Of a stretch of 35,309 nucleotides of DNA, positions 25,715 to 33,150 are shown piece by piece. Source of the stretch: an uncultured Clostridia bacterium (GTDB lineage Bacteria; Bacillota; Clostridia; Christensenellales; Borkfalkiaceae); the NCBI GenBank assembly GCA_947629845.1, contig CANRFD010000001.1, forward strand, positions 1 to 35,309. Reading direction: 5' to 3'. The notes below the pieces were generated by a model, which saw only the letters and a list, made by a program, of their open reading frames with translations, did not search any database and had not been told where the DNA came from. Numbering within the stretch: the stretch's first letter is position 1; every line of letters starts with the position of its first letter. The position numbers and the translations under genes are program-made.

Positions 25715-26711
25715 CGTAGCTCACCCACTTTTTGGAGATTTTGAAGTTGGCGAACGTGACGAGGCCGATGAACAGCGCGAGCACCCAGCCGACCGCCGTT
25801 GCGATGCCGATCTCGTTGGACGTCAACTTGTTGTAGAGGTAGTAGACGATGGTGATGTTCGCCCCGCCGACCGCCGAAGTGTCCTTCCCCACCATCAGCT
25901 GGAAGCGCGTGAACTCCTGCAACGAGCCGATGATACCCGTCACGAGCAGGTAGAAGAGCGTGGGCGAAATGGCGGGCAGGGTGATCTTGAAGAACTTCGT
26001 GAACATGCCCGCGCCGTCGATCTCGGCGGCCTCGTAGCACGACTTGTTGATGTTCGTCATGGCGGCGGAGAGCAGGATGATGTTGAATCCCGTGCCCGAC
26101 CACGTCATCACGACGAACATGACGAAGCGGAAGAGATCGGGCGAGTACGTCGTCCAGTTGACCGATTGCCCGCCGAGGAGGCGCAAAAAGGAGTTGAGAA
26201 TGCCGTAGTCCTCCTTGCTGAAGATCCACTGCCACATAAAGGTGATGGCAACGAGCGAGCACACATACGGGATGAAGAACACCGTCTGGAACAGCTTTTT
26301 CCCGCGCTTGCAGTTGTAGAGCATCATGCTGATGAACACCGAGAGCGCGAGGGAAAAGACGGTCGCAAACACGGCAAACATCGTATTCCCGACCGCCTGC
26401 CAGAACTTCGGGTCGGAGAGCACCGTGCCGAAGTTCTGCAGCCCGACGAAGTCCACGATGTACGGGAAGAACTCATCCGAGAGGTCGGTCGTGAGCCGCA
26501 GTCCGGGGAAATGATGCAGCGCGACGTAGAACGAGAGCACGAGCGGGATCATTCCGAAGATCAGAAAGCCCAGCAGCGGGATGCCCGTGAACACCCAGCC
26601 CATCACTTCCTCTTGGTTCGTCCAATGTTTTTTGCGTTTGGGGGAAGGCGTCTCGGGGGCATACGCCTCCGTCTGCTCCTCCTCCTGCGCCGCAGCCTCG
26701 TATTCTGCCAT
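25707..26711 (-). CDS. Carbohydrate ABC transporter permease (CUT1, MalF-like)
   Basis: It has polytopic hydrophobic segments and the EAA loop YEAAEIDGAGMFTKFFKITLP. The SD AGGAGG is present. Confidence 0.9.
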   Translation of the reverse strand: MAEYEAAAQEEEQTEAYAPETPSPKRKKHWTNQEEVMGWVFTGIPLLGFLIFGMIPLVLSFYVALHHFPGLRLTTDLSDEFFPYIVDFVGLQNFGTVLSDPKFWQAVGNTMFAVFATVFSLALSVFISMMLYNCKRGKKLFQTVFFIPYVCSLVAITFMWQWIFSKEDYGILNSFLRLLGGQSVNWTTYSPDLFRFVMFVVMTWSGTGFNIILLSAAMTNINKSCYEAAEIDGAGMFTKFFKITLPAISPTLFYLLVTGIIGSLQEFTRFQLMVGKDTSAVGGANITIVYYLYNKLTSNEIGIATAVGWVLALFIGLVTFANFKISKKWVSYDE

Positions 26712-26722
26712 ACGCGCCTCCT

Positions 26723-28525
26723 TTACGGGTGTGGATCGGCCTTCGCGCCGGGATGCTTGCTGTAAGTGTACTTATACAGCTTGGTCTGCGTGGGATCGCC
26801 GAGCGTGTTGAACAGCTGCTCCACCGTCATCTTTCTGCTCTCTTCCACGTCGGGTTCGCGCACCTGGTTGTTGAGCGCGTCCGCCCAGTCGTCGATCCAG
26901 TTCCAGTCGGTGAGATACCACCAGTCGGCGGGCGTCTCGTACTGCGCCGCGTCCACGAACACCTGCGAGTTCTTGGGCGCCTTGTCGGGCTGCAGGAAGG
27001 TCTCGCTCTTCGCGATGTTTATCTGGTTGGGGATGCAGAAGCCTGCCTCTGCCTGCGCCGTCTGCCCGGGCACGCCCGCGATGTATTTCACGAGCTCCCA
27101 CGCCTCGTTCTTGTGCTTGGAGCGGCGGGCGATGGCGAGCCCCATAGAGCCGCTGTGCCCCGCCTGCACGCCGTGCACCTTCACGCTGCCGTCCGAGTTG
27201 TATTCCTTATAGAGAGGAAGCGGCGCAACGTCCCAGCTGTCGTTGTCGGACATCCAGCTGTTCTTCTTGCCGATCTCCTTGCGGAGGTGCGTCACTTCGG
27301 CGCGGAGGCCGACGAACATGCCGATGGTGCCCGCTGCGAAGCGGTCGCGTGCGGACTGCGTGCCGATGGAGGTCTGCCCGAGGGAGACCTGCTTGCCGAG
27401 CACCTTTTCCCACTTGGAGTTGGTGCCGACTTCCACGCCCGTCTTGGAGGTGAGCGAAACAAATTCGAGGAACGCGTCGTACATGGTGGGAAGTTTGTTG
27501 CAGCTATCCTGCCACGACGTATCCCCTCCCGCCGTCTTATCGGTGTAGGAGATGATCTCCCCCGCATTATACTTTGTGCCGTTTACGGTAACGCCCGCCG
27601 CACAGTCGTCCTTTACGATCCAGTTCGGCGTCGTGTCGTTTAAGGTGAACTTATAGTAGCCCATCGGGTCGCCGTTGTCGTCCTCGCCCTCGGGAACGTA
27701 CTCCACGCAGTCGCCGCCGATGCTCCAGCCGTAGTTGAACCACCACTCGGTGAAGTAGCCGTTGTTGCAGCTCACTTCCACGCCGTTGATGTTCACGTTC
27801 TTGATCTCGGTCTGCATGCGGATGCCGAGCGAAGTCACCTCGTCCCAGCTCATGGGCACTTTATTGTTGAAGTACCACTCGTTGTCCTTTTCAAAGTACC
27901 CCTTTTCGGGATAGCCGGCGGCCTTGGCCTCCTCCGCCGTCATGGAGATGTGCTTGATGCCCATCTCTTCGAGATATTCGCGGTTGTAGTAGAGCACGGA
28001 GGGGCCGATGTCCTTGGGCAGCGCCCAGAGGGTGGCGTCGGGCGTAGAAGTCGCCGTTGCCCTGTCGAAGCGGTAGCGGTTGATGCCCTGCTCCCAGATC
28101 GACCCGTTGGTGAACTCCTCCAGCCCTTCATATTCTACGCCGTCGGCGTGCGGGCCGGTGAGATTGTCGAGATAGCCCGCGTCCGCCCATTTCTTGAACT
28201 GGCGGTCGGGCACATACACGACGTCGGGCGGGTTGTTGCCCGAAAGCTGCATGGCGTTGGTGTCGTAGTCCTCGTGGCCGGACGTATATTCGACCCTGAT
28301 CTTCTTCTCCGCGCCGATCGTCCTGTTGAACTCCGCGACCATGTCGCCGAATACCGTCGTCTCGTTGGCGTCGCCGCCGCCCCAGAACACGACGGTGGTG
28401 TAGCCGCCGTTTCCGCCTCTGCCGCCGCCTTCATCTTCCTCGCCGCAGGCAACCAGCCCGAGTACCGACGTCGCCGCCAGCATCATTGCGCAGGAAACGG
28501 TGAGCGTTTTCTTGAATTTTGTCAT
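26723..28525 (-). CDS. ABC transporter extracellular solute-binding lipoprotein, unusually long at about 600 aa
   Basis: The signal peptide carries the lipobox LGLVAC and is followed by a Gly-rich tether, EEDEGGGRGGNGG. Family-1 SBP-like blocks follow (VVFWGGGD...FNRTIG...KIRVEY). The SD AAGGAGG is present. Confidence 0.88.
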   Translation of the reverse strand: MTKFKKTLTVSCAMMLAATSVLGLVACGEEDEGGGRGGNGGYTTVVFWGGGDANETTVFGDMVAEFNRTIGAEKKIRVEYTSGHEDYDTNAMQLSGNNPPDVVYVPDRQFKKWADAGYLDNLTGPHADGVEYEGLEEFTNGSIWEQGINRYRFDRATATSTPDATLWALPKDIGPSVLYYNREYLEEMGIKHISMTAEEAKAAGYPEKGYFEKDNEWYFNNKVPMSWDEVTSLGIRMQTEIKNVNINGVEVSCNNGYFTEWWFNYGWSIGGDCVEYVPEGEDDNGDPMGYYKFTLNDTTPNWIVKDDCAAGVTVNGTKYNAGEIISYTDKTAGGDTSWQDSCNKLPTMYDAFLEFVSLTSKTGVEVGTNSKWEKVLGKQVSLGQTSIGTQSARDRFAAGTIGMFVGLRAEVTHLRKEIGKKNSWMSDNDSWDVAPLPLYKEYNSDGSVKVHGVQAGHSGSMGLAIARRSKHKNEAWELVKYIAGVPGQTAQAEAGFCIPNQINIAKSETFLQPDKAPKNSQVFVDAAQYETPADWWYLTDWNWIDDWADALNNQVREPDVEESRKMTVEQLFNTLGDPTQTKLYKYTYSKHPGAKADPHP

Positions 28526-28564
28526 GATGATCCTCCTTTTTTATCGTTCGATCGAGGTTTCCCG

Positions 28565-28582
28565 CCCCCGACGGATCGGGGG
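28565..28582 (-). other. G/C hairpin without a U-tract between the Big_2 lipoprotein gene and the SBP gene
   Basis: CCCCCGA-4 nt-TCGGGGG is a 7-bp stem sitting in the 85-nt intercistronic gap. No T-run follows it on either strand. Confidence 0.4.
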
Positions 28583-28610
28583 AAGCCGAAGGGAGCGGGA
28601 AGGATGTCGA

Positions 28611-31600
28611 TCAGTCTGCCGCCGCGATGTTCGCCACCGCAATGGCCGCAAGGCCATAGTTGCCGTTATCCTGTCCGCCTTCTTTGTGAAGGACAAGGTA
28701 GAATGTGCCTGCCGCAGTCGCATTGAGAGTGATTTCCGCCTTGGTGCCGTTGTCGCCACCGTTGCCCTCCATGACCGTCTCATTGCTCATGATACGGTTA
28801 CCGTTCTCATCATAAATGTCGAGAATGATAGAAGGCTGCCATGCGGAAATATAGAGCGTGATTTTCACTTGCGCCTGCGCATCAAGTTTGACGGAAACCG
28901 ACTGCGGCCGTTTGCCCCACTTGATTTTGTTCGTTTTCGACGTATCGCCGTTGTCGCCGCTGGGCTGTTGCGTGCCGTCCGACCAAGTAAAGAACTGATG
29001 CTTTGTGCCGAAGCCGTCTCCGCCGCCGCCGAGCTCGCCCGATGTATAGAAGTCGCCGATGATGGTACCGCCGTTCTTTCTTGCGGGGCCGTTGTTGCCG
29101 TTATTGTTGATATACATCCAGTCGATCGTGCCCTCGGAGAGATCGATCGTGTTATCCTGCTCCGGCATGAGATTTTCATGCGTTGCGGATGCCGTTCCTG
29201 CGGCAGAGGCCTTCTGACTCCGAGGCGTATTGCCGACGACCGCGACCGCCACAAGGGAGACATTATCTGTCCACTCGTTTTGATTTTGTCCGCAGATAAT
29301 GGTGATCGTAAAGGTCTTTTCCTCGGTGCCGAAGTTTGCCATATCGGGCGTAAAGACGATTTGCTTGCACTTATTCTGCGAGTCGTCACCCGAGAATTTG
29401 TCGTTGCTCCCGTTGTTCGTGAACTCATAACTCGCGTACTCCACTCCGTCGTAGGAAATGGAAATGGTATTTTTCGCGTGATATGCGCCCGTGAAAATGG
29501 AGATGTACTTCACATCTTTGGTGACTTTCACGGTGAAGGAGACCCTGCCGCTGTTTTCGCCCTTAAATACGATGCCGTCGATACGGTCGATGAAGGACTG
29601 CTCGACTTCCGCGCCGTTGAGCCAATTCATCCCTACGCGATAATCGAAGAACTGCCCTTCGCCGTTGATCTCTTCATCGGTAATCAGGCTACCGCCCTTC
29701 ATCTCTTCCCTGAAGCCGTCCGCGCCGAAATGCCGCCAGTCAAGCGTGACATTGGCCTCGTCGAGCTCGTCGAGGTTGACCGTCTCGTTGGAGCCGTTTG
29801 CATAGTCGGTCGGGGTAACGGTGACGTTGAGTTTTACGGTAACTTCGCACTCAAGCACGGTGCCGTCCTTGGTCGCCTTCACGATCGTCTTGCCGAAGCC
29901 CTTTGCGGTGACGAGGCCCGAGTTCGCGTCGACGTCGGCGATCTTGTTGTCCTCGGTCGAGAACACCACGCCCTCTACGTCGGTGCCCTCCTCCCCTTCC
30001 GTCATTTTAAGGGTGTCCGTCGCCTGCTCGCCGCCCAGCGTCAGCGTCATCGTATCCTTGTTGAGTTTGTATTCCACGACGTTCACGGTGATGGTGAACG
30101 TCTTGCCGCCCACGGTCGCCGTCACGGTCGCTTCGCCCTTGGCTTTCGCCGTAATGGTGCCTTCGGGGCTCACTTCGGCGTACGTGTCGCCCGCCGTCAC
30201 CTTGTAGGTCGCGGTGAACGCGTGTGCGGGGTTGGCCTCGATCACGATCTGCGAGGTCTTTTCCACGGAGATGGTCACACTCGTCCCGCTCTTCAGCGTG
30301 TATTCGGTGACGGTGACAAAGGCGCGGAGCTTGACTTCATCGTCGATCGTCACGGTGATGATCGCCCTGCCTGCGCCGGCCGCGGTCAGCGTGCCGTCGG
30401 AGCTGTCAACGGTGACGACCTGCGAGTCGCTCGAAGCAAACGATACATTCGTCGTGTACTCCTCGCCGTCCTTCTTCACGACGACCTTGCCCGCCGCGTC
30501 GCCGTCCTTCGTGACGTCGAACTCCGTCTTTTCGAGGGTGTATTCCGTATCATAGCCTACGGCGATCGCCGCCCAGCCGTGGTTGCCGTCGCCTTCCTTG
30601 CTCATGCTGAAGGTGAACGTGTCCTCCGTCGTGACGTTGATGGCGATCTTCACCTCCACCGCCTTGTTGCCGCCGTCGGCGACGCCATCGGCGGTGCCGT
30701 AACCCGTGACGACCTTGGACGCCGCGAGAATGGTATTCGCCTTGCCGTCGAGAACGGTCACAAAGTAGGAAGCCTTCCAACCGGTGAGATAGAGCGTAAC
30801 AACATGCTTGCCCGCGGTAAGGTGAATGGGCACAGACCATGCGTTGTCCACCCAGTGCGTGTTGTTCACGCTGCCGCCTTCGGGAGCCGCCGAGCTATCC
30901 TGTTCGTACCAAGTGAACCTGCCGAACGTCGGTTGCAGGCTATCCGTTCCGTCGCCGCCCGTGTATTGAATGTCGCCGTCTTTGATGACGTTATCAACGC
31001 CCTTGCGGCGCACGAGGTCGCCGTTTCCGTTCTTGGCATACACCCAGTCCTCGGTGCCGATGACGGAAAGATTTCTCGTCTCGCTCGTGAGCGCCTTAAC
31101 TTCGGGCGCAACCGCGGTGGCGGAAGGCCCTTCGTCCACTCTCTCGGTGTTGCCGACGACCGCGATCGCCACAAGGCTGACGTTGTTGGCGTTGTCGCCG
31201 TCGCCCTTGAAGCCGATGGTAACGGTGAACGTCATCTCGGTGCCGATAAAGTGCGTCTGATCGGGCGTAAAGATGATCTGCTTGTTCTTGTCGCCGTTGC
31301 CGCCGTCGTTGGTGAACGTCCTGCTCGCGCACACCACACCGTTATACGAAATGGAGATGGTGTTCGTGGCGTGCCATGCGCCCGTGAAGATCGCGACGTA
31401 CTTCGCGTCCTTCGTGAACTTCACATCGAAGCTGATGTTCGTCTTGAAGGTGATGCCGTCTTTGCGGCCGCCCAACTGCTGCGCCGTCGTCGTGCCGTCC
31501 GTCCAGCTCATGTCCACTCTGTAATCGTAGAAGTCCGAAGCCTTCTGGTCATATTTATCGACCTCGCCGATGAGATTTCCGTCCTTCTTGCTGTCTTTGT

Positions 31601-33047
31601 AGCCGCTCTGGCCGAAATACGCCCAGTCGAGGGTGACGTTCGTCGCGTCGAGCGCGTCGAGGTTGACGGCCGTCCTTTCGCTGTCGCTGGGATAGTCGAC
31701 CTCGGTCTGCACCACGTCATACAGCACATTCACGGTGATCTCAAAGGTATCCGCGCCCTCGATCGCAACCGTCACGGTCGTCGTGCCGACGCCCTTCGCC
31801 GTAATGAGCCCGTTATCGCCCACCTGCGCCACTTCGGCGGATTCCGAGGTGTACGTCGTCGTGGGGATCTCGCCCGCGGGATCGCGTTCAACGGTGAGCT
31901 GCAGCGTGCCGCCGAGCTTCATCGTCACGGTCTCGTCCTCGATCTCCTCGCCGTCCGCCTTCAGGGTATACTGTACCGCCGAGGAGACGGTCACGGTCGT
32001 CGTGAACTCTCTGCCGCCCACCGTAACGGTGACGGTCGCCGTGCCCGTGCCCACCGCGTGGAGCGTGCCGCCCTCTACGGTGACAACGCCCGCGTTGCTC
32101 GTCTTATACGTCGCCTCTACCGCATGGTCTGCGGGGTCTGCGGTGACGGTGATGTGCTTGTCGGGATCGCCCATGCGGAGCGCCGTTTCCGACCCCATTG
32201 CCGCATTATCGATCTTCACCGTGTATTCGGTGACGGTGACGTTCGCCTTCACTTCCTCGCCGTCCACGCTGCAGGTGATAACGGCCGTGCCCTTTGCAAC
32301 GCCCGTCACTTCGCCCGAACCGGCGTCCACGGTCGCAACATTGGTATTGGAGCTCGTGAAGGTGTGCGGCCGTCCGCCTGCGGGCAGCTCGGGGGTCGCC
32401 TTCAGCGTGAGCCTCGCCCTTGCGCCCGCCGCGATGTCGAGCGAAGCGGGATCGAGCGAGAAGGCATAGCTCTGCGCCACGGTCACGCTGCAGGTGAGCG
32501 TCGCTGTTCCCACCTTCGCCGTGATGTCCGTCTCGCCCGCGGCGACCGCCGTCACAAGTCCCGTCTCGGAGACGGTGGCGATGTCCGCGTTCTTGCTCTC
32601 ATAGGTGACGCCCGAAGTCACCGCCTTGCCGTCCTGATCGGAGACTGAAAGCTGCTTGGTCTCGCCCGTTTTCAGCGCGAGCGTGGTGAAGTTCAGGGCG
32701 TATTCTCCCGTAGTCTCACCCCCCCCCTGCTGGGTCTTGACGGTCACGCTGCAGGAGAGCGTCTTATCCGTTCCCCCGATGGCGGCCGTCACGGTGGTAG
32801 AGCCCGCTTGCACGGCAGTCACGGTGCCGCCGTCCACGGTCGCGACCGCGGGATCGGCAGACGTCCATGTGACTTCGCCTTCGGGCTCGGGCGAGATGGT
32901 GAGCGTCTTGGTTCCGCCGACCGTCAGTTCGATCTGCGTCTCGCTCAGCGCGTATTCGGTCTCTTCGCCTCCGCCACAGCCGGCGAGCGCAAACGTCAGC
33001 GCCGCCACGAGGAGTCCGAGTAAAACCCAAATGCTTCTCTTCTTCAT
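28611..33047 (-). CDS. Giant surface lipoprotein (1478 aa) built as 5 Big_2 Ig-like domains, two uncharacterised modules, 3 Big_2 domains, and two more uncharacterised modules
   Basis: The signal peptide carries the lipobox FALAGC. Eight roughly 80-aa units carry the Big_2 pattern, for example LTISPEPEGEVTWTSADPAVATVDGGTVTAVQAGSTTVTA. The two bi-modules lie at about 30549-31721 and 28614-29826. The SD GGAGG is present. Confidence 0.85.
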   Translation of the reverse strand: MKKRSIWVLLGLLVAALTFALAGCGGGEETEYALSETQIELTVGGTKTLTISPEPEGEVTWTSADPAVATVDGGTVTAVQAGSTTVTAAIGGTDKTLSCSVTVKTQQGGGETTGEYALNFTTLALKTGETKQLSVSDQDGKAVTSGVTYESKNADIATVSETGLVTAVAAGETDITAKVGTATLTCSVTVAQSYAFSLDPASLDIAAGARARLTLKATPELPAGGRPHTFTSSNTNVATVDAGSGEVTGVAKGTAVITCSVDGEEVKANVTVTEYTVKIDNAAMGSETALRMGDPDKHITVTADPADHAVEATYKTSNAGVVTVEGGTLHAVGTGTATVTVTVGGREFTTTVTVSSAVQYTLKADGEEIEDETVTMKLGGTLQLTVERDPAGEIPTTTYTSESAEVAQVGDNGLITAKGVGTTTVTVAIEGADTFEITVNVLYDVVQTEVDYPSDSERTAVNLDALDATNVTLDWAYFGQSGYKDSKKDGNLIGEVDKYDQKASDFYDYRVDMSWTDGTTTAQQLGGRKDGITFKTNISFDVKFTKDAKYVAIFTGAWHATNTISISYNGVVCASRTFTNDGGNGDKNKQIIFTPDQTHFIGTEMTFTVTIGFKGDGDNANNVSLVAIAVVGNTERVDEGPSATAVAPEVKALTSETRNLSVIGTEDWVYAKNGNGDLVRRKGVDNVIKDGDIQYTGGDGTDSLQPTFGRFTWYEQDSSAAPEGGSVNNTHWVDNAWSVPIHLTAGKHVVTLYLTGWKASYFVTVLDGKANTILAASKVVTGYGTADGVADGGNKAVEVKIAINVTTEDTFTFSMSKEGDGNHGWAAIAVGYDTEYTLEKTEFDVTKDGDAAGKVVVKKDGEEYTTNVSFASSDSQVVTVDSSDGTLTAAGAGRAIITVTIDDEVKLRAFVTVTEYTLKSGTSVTISVEKTSQIVIEANPAHAFTATYKVTAGDTYAEVSPEGTITAKAKGEATVTATVGGKTFTITVNVVEYKLNKDTMTLTLGGEQATDTLKMTEGEEGTDVEGVVFSTEDNKIADVDANSGLVTAKGFGKTIVKATKDGTVLECEVTVKLNVTVTPTDYANGSNETVNLDELDEANVTLDWRHFGADGFREEMKGGSLITDEEINGEGQFFDYRVGMNWLNGAEVEQSFIDRIDGIVFKGENSGRVSFTVKVTKDVKYISIFTGAYHAKNTISISYDGVEYASYEFTNNGSNDKFSGDDSQNKCKQIVFTPDMANFGTEEKTFTITIICGQNQNEWTDNVSLVAVAVVGNTPRSQKASAAGTASATHENLMPEQDNTIDLSEGTIDWMYINNNGNNGPARKNGGTIIGDFYTSGELGGGGDGFGTKHQFFTWSDGTQQPSGDNGDTSKTNKIKWGKRPQSVSVKLDAQAQVKITLYISAWQPSIILDIYDENGNRIMSNETVMEGNGGDNGTKAEITLNATAAGTFYLVLHKEGGQDNGNYGLAAIAVANIAAAD

Positions 33048-33096
33048 AATTTTCCTCCCGGTTTTGTTTTTTATTTCGATCTCCGCAAAACGGCGA

Positions 33097-33126
33097 TATC
33101 ATTCCGCACTTTTGCACGGAATGATA
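33097..33126. other. Perfect 10-bp inverted repeat TATCATTCCG-N10-CGGAATGATA in the gap upstream of the Big_2 lipoprotein gene
   Basis: The arms are at 33097-33106 and 33117-33126. A second palindrome, CGGGAATTTCCCG, lies at 33138-33150 and abuts the upstream stop codon. Neither is followed by a U-tract. Confidence 0.4.
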
Positions 33127-33150
33127 CGTTCGCCCTGCGGGAATTTCCCG

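Noticed and set aside
28500-32648. 1382-aa plus-strand ORF, and the 385-aa minus ORF at 33407-34564
   Set aside because: The first is antisense to the Big_2 lipoprotein gene and the second is out of frame with the GH31 gene. Neither has a domain-like pattern, and their Arg-rich composition is typical of shadow frames.
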